Assembly: GCA_016182235.1 (NCBI GenBank)
Contig: JACOXT010000003.1
Location: 322,209-386,208 of the forward strand
DNA from: Candidatus Levyibacteriota bacterium
GTDB taxonomy: Bacteria > Patescibacteriota > Microgenomatia > Levybacterales > UBA12049
Direction of reading: 5' to 3'
DNA: 64,000 bases
Shown: positions 1-8,157 of the stretch, in pieces
Numbering within the stretch: the stretch's first letter is position 1
How the letters are laid out: every line of letters begins with the position of its first letter
Program-made: the position numbers and the translations under genes
The notes under the pieces: model-generated
Databases searched by the model: none
The model's input: only the letters and a program-made list of their open reading frames with translations
What the model was told of the DNA's origin: nothing

Positions 1-288
1 TTCCAAGGCGGCATTTATCCTTTGGTTTTATTCTATTCAAAATACAACCCGAAAATTTATCAAGAAGAAGGGTCAACTAAGAATGCAGATTATACTGGTT
101 TTGGTAAATTCTTTTTTGTACCGCAAGATTGTCCATCTGTACAGAGAAACAATAAATCCCCAAAAGTTAACAATATACTGTTTGTTGATAAGGGCGATTG
201 TCCATCGGATAAGTCCCTAAAATTTAAAAAGATTAAATACATTTATAGAGAAGACGGTACCAAAGCATTTAGGCTTGTTTATGACTGA
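1..288 (+). CDS. 5'-truncated ArnT/PMT-like GT-C glycosyltransferase (C-terminal domain only)
   Basis: Frame is open from base 1 (FQGGIYPLVLFYSKYNPKIYQ...GFGKFFFVPQDCP...DKGDCP) and closely matches the C-terminus of the next gene (AGGIYPLILFYMKYDPKTYQ...GFGKFFFVPQACP...NKGDC). Confidence 0.85.
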   Translation, partial: FQGGIYPLVLFYSKYNPKIYQEEGSTKNADYTGFGKFFFVPQDCPSVQRNNKSPKVNNILFVDKGDCPSDKSLKFKKIKYIYREDGTKAFRLVYD

Positions 289-1939
289 TCTTTATAAAAA
301 GAATATTATCCTCATTTTTCTTTTATTAATATTTTTCGTCGGTGGGTTATTGCGTTTTTATCAGTTAGATAAAGTTCCCAATGGTTTGCATATAGATGAA
401 GCAATAAATGGCGTTAATGGATATTTTCTTCTTAAAACCGGTAAAGATAGCAATAACAGCAAATTACCTTTTCAAACAGAAGTTTTTGGAGACTACAATC
501 CAACAGGATACGCATATTTAACAATATTACCAATTAAGCTTTTTGGCTTAAACGAATTCTCGACAAGATTTCCCGGGGCCTTCCTCGGAAGTCTGACTAT
601 TTTGGCATGTTACCTATTGACTTTCTCTATTTTTAGAAATAAAAAAGTAGGGTTACTGTCAGCTTTTTTATTTGCCGTTAATCCATGGCATATAGTACTT
701 TCAAGGTCAAGTGAAGAAACACTTGTTTCCCTTTTTTTTGTAGTTTCTGGTTTTGCTTTGGTAATTCTAAGTTTTGAAAATCAAAAATTAAAACTTTTGA
801 TTCCCGGAATATTATTATTGGCAGTAAGTTATTTTGTGTATTTTACTCCGCGCGTTTTTGTTCCTCTCGTTTTTTTAGCAATTCTTATTTATCTTTTTAG
901 AATTTGGAATAAGAAACAAATACGAAAATACAAGAGTTTACTTGTTGGATCTTTTTTGCTACTAGGAGTTTTGGCTCTGTTTTTAGTTTTTTTAGTAAAA
1001 GGAGGCGAAGATAGATTTAAGCAAGTTAGCATTTTCGGATCATTAGAAACAAGGTTAGTAATGGAGGAGCAAATTAGAGAAGATGGCGTTTCAGGTACGA
1101 ACATTAAGATTACTCAAACTTTTCATAATAAAGTTGTAAATTACTTTTTAACATATATCTCAAATTATGTTGATTATTTTTCCGGCAGTTTTTTATTTAT
1201 AAAAGGAGGACTACCTGTATGGCTTAGAGTTGAAGGCATGGGGCTAGTTTATCTCATAGAGCTGCCATTCTTGTTGGTGGGATTGGCTACATTGGTAACA
1301 AACAAGAATAAAATGCACAAAGTTCCATTGTTGTGGTTATTGATAGTTCCAATGGTTGCAGCTATAACAACAGATGACATTCCAAATATTAGGCGGTCTC
1401 TTATTATGCTACCGATGATTGAAGTAATTAGCGCTTTTGGTTTTTTATATATTTTGCAAAATAAAAGAAAACTGATAAATATCTTAGTTATATCTTCGTT
1501 TGGGATATTTCTCACCTATAATTTTTTCTATTTCCTTCATCAATATTTCGTTCATGTACCTATTCATAGGAATTGGTTTAGAAATGAAGGATTTGGAGAA
1601 ATGGTGAACACAGTTAAAAATTCATATAACAATGTCGATAAAGTTATAGTTACAAAAGATGCGGGAGGCATTTATCCTCTGATTCTTTTTTACATGAAGT
1701 ACGATCCTAAAACCTATCAAGATGAAGGTGCTCCTAAGGACAAAAACTATGGGGGTTTTGGTAAGTTTTTCTTCGTTCCTCAGGCATGTCCTTCAATAGA
1801 TAAGGACATAAGATTTCCTAATGCAAATAAGATAATTTATGTGAATAAGGGCGATTGTAAGCTTAAAGCAATTAATCAAAAGATTATTTATAGAAAGGAT
1901 AAAACTAAAGTTTTTAATATAACCTATGAACAAATTTAG
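281..1939 (+). CDS. ArnT/PMT-like (GT39/GT83-type) GT-C membrane glycosyltransferase
   Basis: LRFYQL..P.GLHIDEA, D..P...Y, FGLNEFSTRFP and PWHIVLSR motifs with many TM helices. ATG at 281 preferred over TTG at 275. Confidence 0.85.
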   Translation: MTDLYKKNIILIFLLLIFFVGGLLRFYQLDKVPNGLHIDEAINGVNGYFLLKTGKDSNNSKLPFQTEVFGDYNPTGYAYLTILPIKLFGLNEFSTRFPGAFLGSLTILACYLLTFSIFRNKKVGLLSAFLFAVNPWHIVLSRSSEETLVSLFFVVSGFALVILSFENQKLKLLIPGILLLAVSYFVYFTPRVFVPLVFLAILIYLFRIWNKKQIRKYKSLLVGSFLLLGVLALFLVFLVKGGEDRFKQVSIFGSLETRLVMEEQIREDGVSGTNIKITQTFHNKVVNYFLTYISNYVDYFSGSFLFIKGGLPVWLRVEGMGLVYLIELPFLLVGLATLVTNKNKMHKVPLLWLLIVPMVAAITTDDIPNIRRSLIMLPMIEVISAFGFLYILQNKRKLINILVISSFGIFLTYNFFYFLHQYFVHVPIHRNWFRNEGFGEMVNTVKNSYNNVDKVIVTKDAGGIYPLILFYMKYDPKTYQDEGAPKDKNYGGFGKFFFVPQACPSIDKDIRFPNANKIIYVNKGDCKLKAINQKIIYRKDKTKVFNITYEQI

Positions 1940-3584
1940 TATGAATAGATTTAAGATAATCTTCATATTGGTTATTTTACTTGGTGGATTTTTGCGTTTC
2001 TATCAGTTGGGGTCAAACCCTCCGAGCGTTACTTGGGATGAGGCAAGTCTTGGTTATAATGCATATTCAATCTATAAAACTGGCGCAGACGAATATGGCG
2101 TTAAGCTTCCTTTAAGTATTCGGTCATTTGACGATCATAAACCACCTTTATATGTATATCTTACAGTTCCCTTTGTAGCAATATTTGACTTAAGTGAGTT
2201 TTCAGTTCGGCTGCCATCAGCGATAATCGGAGTTCTATCTATAGCAGTTATTTATTTTTTGGTAAAAGAAATCTTACAAAAATGGGATAAAAATAAGCAA
2301 CAATTAATTGCCCTTTCTTCGGCATTTTTCTTGGCTGTTTCCCCATGGAGTCTTCAATTCTCACGCGCAGCATTTGAAGGAAATATTGGAATCTTTTTCC
2401 TGATGCTTGGAATTTTATTATTACTAAAAGGATTAAAAAATGGCAGATTTATTTTTTTTTCAAGTATCGCTTTCGTTTTAAGTGTTTATTCATATCACAG
2501 CTTCAGACTGATAATTCCTCTTCTATTATTTTTTCTAACAATATTTTTTTGGCAGGAAATTTTAAGAAAAAAATTGATTTTTATTGTTTTTTTTATCTCA
2601 TTAGTTTTGTTGACTTTGCCTGTATACCTAAGCTTTCTTAATGCGCAGGATTCGGGATCGCGTTTGTCAATGGTCACTATCTTCTCAGATCCGACAGTTT
2701 TAGACTCGTCTATTATTAGAAATAATTACGACAAAGACAATAACGATCTGATAGGGGGACTGATCCATAATAGGCGTATAGTTTATTCACTGACTGTTGC
2801 AAAAGGATATCTTGATCATTTCAATCCTGATTTTTTGTTTCTTCATGGAGACGGAGGAGTTCAGCATCACGCGGTTGACATGGGCATACTGTACCTTTGG
2901 GATCTGCCCTTCATCTTGATCGGATTATACTGCTTGATTAACCGACGTGATAAGTATATAGGCATCTTATTTTTGTTATTTCTATTAGCTTCAATCCCTT
3001 CAGCAATCACAACAGGTACTCCTCATCCCGTAAGAGCTATTGCTCTTATGCCAGGATTTCATATATTTTCAGCAGTTGGTTTTATTGTTGTTATTCTTAG
3101 GATTCTAGAAGTGAAAATGTTTTTCACAAAAATAGCTATATTAGGATTAGTTGGAGCCTCACTATTCTTTAATTTTATTTACTACACGCATCAGTATTAT
3201 GTGCATACGCCAATTGAGTATGGGTACTTTTGGCAATATGGATACAAAGAAGCAATGCTTTTTGCAAAAGACAACCAGGAAAAATTCGACAAAATTATTA
3301 TTACCTATAGATACGATCAACCATACATTTACTATCTTTTCTACAACAAAATAGACCCGACTTGGTATCAGAAGAACTGGGATTACAACAGGACCGGTTT
3401 AACCGATAGATTTAAGAGAGTGATTGGTAAATATGAGTTTAGAAATATTGATTATTCAAAAGACTCTTTGTCTTCAAATACTCTTCTTATTGGTATACCT
3501 TCGGAAATTCCAGATTCCGCGGAAGTCGTAGGGATTGTCAAATTTCCTGATGGAAATGTTGCCTTTAGGATTACTAAGACATGA
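1926..3584 (+). CDS. ArnT/PMT-like GT-C membrane glycosyltransferase
   Basis: LRFYQLG.NPPSVTWDEASLGYNAYS, DDHKPPLYVY, SEFSVRLPSA, PWSLQFSR. Confidence 0.88.
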   Translation: MNKFSMNRFKIIFILVILLGGFLRFYQLGSNPPSVTWDEASLGYNAYSIYKTGADEYGVKLPLSIRSFDDHKPPLYVYLTVPFVAIFDLSEFSVRLPSAIIGVLSIAVIYFLVKEILQKWDKNKQQLIALSSAFFLAVSPWSLQFSRAAFEGNIGIFFLMLGILLLLKGLKNGRFIFFSSIAFVLSVYSYHSFRLIIPLLLFFLTIFFWQEILRKKLIFIVFFISLVLLTLPVYLSFLNAQDSGSRLSMVTIFSDPTVLDSSIIRNNYDKDNNDLIGGLIHNRRIVYSLTVAKGYLDHFNPDFLFLHGDGGVQHHAVDMGILYLWDLPFILIGLYCLINRRDKYIGILFLLFLLASIPSAITTGTPHPVRAIALMPGFHIFSAVGFIVVILRILEVKMFFTKIAILGLVGASLFFNFIYYTHQYYVHTPIEYGYFWQYGYKEAMLFAKDNQEKFDKIIITYRYDQPYIYYLFYNKIDPTWYQKNWDYNRTGLTDRFKRVIGKYEFRNIDYSKDSLSSNTLLIGIPSEIPDSAEVVGIVKFPDGNVAFRITKT

Positions 3585-5257
3585 AGAAAGCAGTATTGAT
3601 TTTTCTGTTCTCCATTTTCCTTAGCATCCCTGTTGTATTGCCTTTTTTTCATGAGGGTTATTTTCCAACTCACGACGGAGAGTGGGCGGTCGTGAGATTG
3701 GGGGATATGTTTCGAACGCTTCGTGATTTTCAAATTCCGCCGCGTTATAGCGGAAATTTAAATTTCAGTTATGGTTATCCTCTTTTCAATTTTACTTATC
3801 CCTTCCCCTACTATTTGGGAACACTAATGCATTTTTTGGGAATTGGATTTGTAGATACGATAAAAATTCTTTTTGCTGGAAGCGTACCATTGTCTGCGTT
3901 TTTCATATTTTTGGCAAGCCGAAATATTTGGAAAAATACATGGGCCGGGATTATCTCAGCGACACTTTATGTATATTTCCCATACCGAATGGTTGACTTG
4001 TATGTTCGGGGGTCTATCGGAGAATCGCTTTCTTTTGCTTTGTTTCCTCTGTTGTTTTATTTCACTATTAAATTAATAGATAAGCCTTCTTACTTTTGGA
4101 TCTTAGGTATTTCTATTTCACTTGCTACTCTTATTACAACTCACAATATTATGACTGTGCTATTCTTGCCTGTGTGGATTTTATTTATTGTCAGCAAAGT
4201 AATTCTTGATAAGAAGAAAGATTCGGTAAAAACAATTATTATCGGTATTTTTTTAGGACTTGGGCTCTCGGCTTTTTTTTGGGTGCCGGCGATTTTTGAA
4301 AAGCACTTGATTCTTCTTTCCAAGACTCCAATTGCGGATCGAAACTTATATTTTGTAAGTCTTGATCAACTAATACTAAGTAGGTGGGGATATGGCGTCC
4401 CAACAGACCCCAACGGTTTTTCTTATCAGCTTGGTTTGCCGTACTTGATTGTCATTTCACTTACAGCCCTTGTTTTGTTTTTTATTTTGTTTAGACAAAA
4501 GGGTAAACTGAAGGACTCTTTAACAAAGTTTTCTTTAGTATTAATTTCTATCATTTTATTTTTTATTTTCTTAATGACAAAGCCCTCATCTTTTTTATGG
4601 GAGAGTTTGCCATTATTGTCAGAAATTAATTATCCCTGGACAGTACTTGGAATTTTGGGTTTTTTGACAAGCTTATCGGCAGGATTTTTGTGCAAACAGA
4701 AAATCACAAAATATATTGCTGTGGTTCTTGGATTAGTTGCGGTAGTTCTAGTCTTGCCTTATGCAAAGCCTCAGTACTATGTGGATAGGGGAGATGATTT
4801 TTATCTCACGAATGATGCGACAACAACATCGTCAAATGAGCTTATGCCACTGTGGGTTAAGAAAATGCCGATTGAGCGGCCAGCGGAAAAAGTAAAAGTT
4901 TTCGGGCAAGGAAAAGTAGAAAATATCTCCTATAATTCAAAACAAATCTCATTTTCCGTTGATCTTTTATCTCAAAGTAGGATTAGAGTAAATACAATTT
5001 ATTATCCAGGTTGGACTGCTAAGGTAAATAATCAAAATGCAGAAATAAACTATGCTAATGAAAGAGGATTGATGGAATTTGAATTATCAAAAGGTGAAAA
5101 CAAAGTAGAACTAAAATTCTCCGAAACCCCTCTTCGTTTTTCTGCAGGCTTGATCTCTCTTGCTTCTTTTGTCGTTTTATTGTTGTATGCTATTACGGCT
5201 CAACTGAGAAAAAAATTTATTAAAGCCCGTACTGTTGTTTCTAAGTCTGATTTATGA
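3581..5257 (+). CDS. PTPS-related (PF10131-like) GT-C membrane protein with YfhO-like C-terminal domain
   Basis: THDG..AVVR, YGYPLFNFTYP, PYRMVDLYVRGSIGE, THN, GLSAFFWVPA, C-terminal YYPGW motif. Confidence 0.82.
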   Translation: MKKAVLIFLFSIFLSIPVVLPFFHEGYFPTHDGEWAVVRLGDMFRTLRDFQIPPRYSGNLNFSYGYPLFNFTYPFPYYLGTLMHFLGIGFVDTIKILFAGSVPLSAFFIFLASRNIWKNTWAGIISATLYVYFPYRMVDLYVRGSIGESLSFALFPLLFYFTIKLIDKPSYFWILGISISLATLITTHNIMTVLFLPVWILFIVSKVILDKKKDSVKTIIIGIFLGLGLSAFFWVPAIFEKHLILLSKTPIADRNLYFVSLDQLILSRWGYGVPTDPNGFSYQLGLPYLIVISLTALVLFFILFRQKGKLKDSLTKFSLVLISIILFFIFLMTKPSSFLWESLPLLSEINYPWTVLGILGFLTSLSAGFLCKQKITKYIAVVLGLVAVVLVLPYAKPQYYVDRGDDFYLTNDATTTSSNELMPLWVKKMPIERPAEKVKVFGQGKVENISYNSKQISFSVDLLSQSRIRVNTIYYPGWTAKVNNQNAEINYANERGLMEFELSKGENKVELKFSETPLRFSAGLISLASFVVLLLYAITAQLRKKFIKARTVVSKSDL

Positions 5258-5276
5258 TATATTTACCTCTGTAAAT

Positions 5277-5750
5277 ATGCCAATTGCTTCCGAGAGAGCA
5301 TCTAATCGAAAAGAACAAATTTTAGAAAGCTCTCCTTACTTACGTAGGTTTTTAGAGATAGATAGACTTCGTAATAGAGGAGATATGGTTAAGTGGGCAG
5401 AGGATTTGAGAGAGTTGGAAGAGCCGATTCTACGAGAAATAGAAGCAAGAATAGGAAAGAACTGGGAGATTATATTGATACCCTTGGGTCTTTCTGCAGA
5501 AGTATTTGGGTTGTTTGAAAATGATGCGCAAGCTGATGACAGATATAAAATTACTCGTAGTCTAGTACTAATAGGACATGAAGTTGGAAACCAGGAAAAT
5601 GTCAAACTGATTTTAGAAGATGTAATGGTGAAATGTAGCAGAGCTGGAATATTTAATTCTAAGTTAAGGGGTGATCGAAATAGGAGAAGAAATGCAATAG
5701 ATTCTACTTATGCCACGATATTAACAGGGTCGCATATTAAAAGTGGATAG
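5277..5750 (+). CDS. hypothetical protein
   Basis: Charged soluble ORF. ATG at 5277 (MPIASER) avoids overlap with the upstream stop. No family recognised. Confidence 0.6.
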   Translation: MPIASERASNRKEQILESSPYLRRFLEIDRLRNRGDMVKWAEDLRELEEPILREIEARIGKNWEIILIPLGLSAEVFGLFENDAQADDRYKITRSLVLIGHEVGNQENVKLILEDVMVKCSRAGIFNSKLRGDRNRRRNAIDSTYATILTGSHIKSG

Positions 5751-5793
5751 CAACTGGGTAGAGAGAGTTGATAAACTTGATTACGAGGCTGTT

Positions 5794-6792
5794 TCACCTT
5801 TCAGGTGGCGATCGACCGCGCCTTAAATGCGCATCCAAGTCTTGAATGCCCTGCGCTCTATCTAGCACGTATTTTCGGAAATATGTTTTTTCGTTCGGAC
5901 TCTCTACGCTGAAGTAGCGGACCGTCCCCCACCAAAACATTACAATGATATTTGTGAGCGCCCCATAGAAAATTTGTTCACGATTTAAAGGTTCCTTATA
6001 AACATGCCTGGCGGATTCCAAAATTCCCTCGAATGTATCAAATGTAACAGGTTTATTATGAAACATGTTGCCGCCAAGGAGAGTGCCAATATCATACTGC
6101 AAACCGGATCTGGTATTTCGGCCTGAGTATTCAAAGTCAAGTATGTACACTTTTCCATCTTTTCCGAGAATTAAGTTTTCAACAATAAGATCATTATGGG
6201 TTGAGATTTCTCCGCCAACAGGTAACATTTCCATAGCTTGCCCCTCAATGATTTTTATCTGTTCAGATGTTTCTTTTGAAAAAAGTTGTTCGATATCATA
6301 TTTCTCAGCAACGCTTCGATACTTATCCACTTCATCGCGAAAAACATCATACTCATTTTCAAATTTAACACCGCTAGTGTGAAAAGTATGTAGAGATTCC
6401 GTTAAGGCATTTTGTACATTTTTATCCCTCAATACATCGCCATCAAGCTGTTCTCCTTCAATATATGACGTTACCATTGCTCCGTCAGGAAGGTCAAATT
6501 CTTGACTTTCCGGATCCAAAATATTCCTTCTGCCCAGCACATAAATTTGATACTTAGGTATAATAGATGATGTTTTCTCATTTCTGGAAAGAGCCAAGAT
6601 ATTCCTTGCTTCTATATCTCTATTCACTATGTCACTTCGTTCCCAGGGGATCCGAACAAACACCTTTCCCTGATCGGAAGTTACAATAAAGTTTCTATTG
6701 GTCTGGCCGCCGGCTTTCTCCACATGTATGCTTTCAGGTCTCCAATCCTTACTAAAACGAGATAAATTTTCGAGCTCTCTGTTGGCTGCCAT
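5794..6792 (-). CDS. choline/ethanolamine kinase family phosphotransferase (LicA-like/APH fold)
   Basis: GGQTNRNF loop, VFVRIP, Brenner motif HNDLIVENL, choline-kinase motif ILDFEYSG...YDIG. Confidence 0.82.
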   Translation of the reverse strand: MAANRELENLSRFSKDWRPESIHVEKAGGQTNRNFIVTSDQGKVFVRIPWERSDIVNRDIEARNILALSRNEKTSSIIPKYQIYVLGRRNILDPESQEFDLPDGAMVTSYIEGEQLDGDVLRDKNVQNALTESLHTFHTSGVKFENEYDVFRDEVDKYRSVAEKYDIEQLFSKETSEQIKIIEGQAMEMLPVGGEISTHNDLIVENLILGKDGKVYILDFEYSGRNTRSGLQYDIGTLLGGNMFHNKPVTFDTFEGILESARHVYKEPLNREQIFYGALTNIIVMFWWGTVRYFSVESPNEKTYFRKYVLDRAQGIQDLDAHLRRGRSPPER

Positions 6793-6941
6793 AGTTACAC
6801 ATACTTTCTAATAATATCTTTATTATTCCGAATTGCGTCGACCCAGTATTGTGCCATTGTTTCTGATTCAAGAGAAGCCATAAATTAGCACCTGAACTAT
6901 AGCATAAGCCTTTGCTAGGTACAAGATTATTTATTAACAAG

Positions 6942-6970
6942 TTGATATGGGTGATTGTTTAACATATAAT
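6942..6970 (+). promoter_or_regulatory. sigma70-type promoter of the RDD gene
   Basis: TTGATA (6942-6947), 17 nt, TATAAT (6965-6970); ATG follows 7 nt later. Confidence 0.7.
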
Positions 6971-6977
6971 CACTCTA

Positions 6978-8057
6978 ATGAAAAATGTTATTCATGGCGA
7001 TTTGTCGCAAATAAAACCAGCCGGATCATGGGAAAGATTTTGGGCGTTTATAATTGATGCATTAATTATATCCACACCAATTCTAATTGTAGGCATATTT
7101 AACTATTACAATTCACACCAATTTAAATTTACGCTAGCCAATGAAAACATTTGGGCGAATATATTTTTTATAATAACCCTTACATATTACGTATATCTAA
7201 CTGTAAATAAAGGAGCTACATGGGGAAAATCTGTATATGGTCTTAAAGTAGTTAAGTATAAAACCACTCGCTACATTAACTACAAGACTGCGATTATAAG
7301 AGAATTAGTCAAAATAATGCCAGGAGTAAGTTTTATCCCTATTGTTGGTTCTTTAATTTCCTTTATAATTCTACCTATAGATATTTTCTTTGTTCTTTGC
7401 ACAAAAGAGAAGAGAACGATCCACGATAGAATTGCAGGAACCCAGGTAATTAAAGCTAAAGATTCATGGACATGGCGTAAAAAGTTACTTATATTTCTAC
7501 CATATATAATTTTGCTTATAGCACTCTCTTATAGAGAGTCTACGACTTATTATAATGGTCAATTGATCACAACCGACATGCAATTCTCTCAGGGGAAGAA
7601 CACGAAAAGAGAAATTAATTATCCAATCCTGGATTTCGTTCTGCAAGGTTTCGGTAAGCCGAATCCCAACTCTATACCTCCAGAAGTAGCAGAAGAAAGA
7701 AAAAAACTTGCACAAATTGCACAAGAGAATAATAAGAGAAGAAGAAACGATGTTAACTTAATATTAGGCGGTGTTTATCGATATATGAAAGATCACAACG
7801 GCACCATACCCGACGTTATTACGTCAACAGAGCAAGAAATTAATAAAGAGAGAACAGACCTGTGCAGCTTCCTTGTACCTACATATTTATCAGCTCTTCC
7901 TAATGACCCACAAGTTCGCAACCGCCCGCCAGTTGAAGATTGCACGTCTTCCTACTCAACCGGTTATAGTATTTTTAAGGATCAATTTACTAATAAAATC
8001 ACTGTCAAAGCCGAAGGGACAGAATTGCAAGAGATGAAGATTGAAGTAACACGATAA
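6978..8057 (+). CDS. RDD family membrane protein fused to a type IV pilin/GspG-like C-terminal domain
   Basis: RDD motifs WERFWAFIID, GATWGK...GLKVV, R.IHDRIAGT.V. C-terminus NNKRRRNDVNLILGGVYRY.KDHNG..P...LCSFLVPTYLSALPNDP...C...Y resembles pilin head domains. Confidence 0.8.
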   Translation: MKNVIHGDLSQIKPAGSWERFWAFIIDALIISTPILIVGIFNYYNSHQFKFTLANENIWANIFFIITLTYYVYLTVNKGATWGKSVYGLKVVKYKTTRYINYKTAIIRELVKIMPGVSFIPIVGSLISFIILPIDIFFVLCTKEKRTIHDRIAGTQVIKAKDSWTWRKKLLIFLPYIILLIALSYRESTTYYNGQLITTDMQFSQGKNTKREINYPILDFVLQGFGKPNPNSIPPEVAEERKKLAQIAQENNKRRRNDVNLILGGVYRYMKDHNGTIPDVITSTEQEINKERTDLCSFLVPTYLSALPNDPQVRNRPPVEDCTSSYSTGYSIFKDQFTNKITVKAEGTELQEMKIEVTR

Positions 8058-8157
8058 TTTAATCTTAAATATTACTTCAGTTATTTAAGATAGCCAGTTA
8101 ATCAGTCAGTAGTGAAATTGTTAATAGCTCCTTATTCTCTGTATAATACAAACTAGC

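Noticed and set aside
2452..2460. Poly-T/poly-A runs of 8-9 nt as phase-variation tracts
   Set aside because: Such runs are common in these AT-rich Phe/Lys-rich genes; all frames are intact and no long G/C tracts were seen.
3581..5257. Literal 6-pyruvoyl-tetrahydropterin synthase activity for the PTPS-related proteins
   Set aside because: These are polytopic membrane proteins with GT-C-like motifs and no T-fold features; the family name is misleading.
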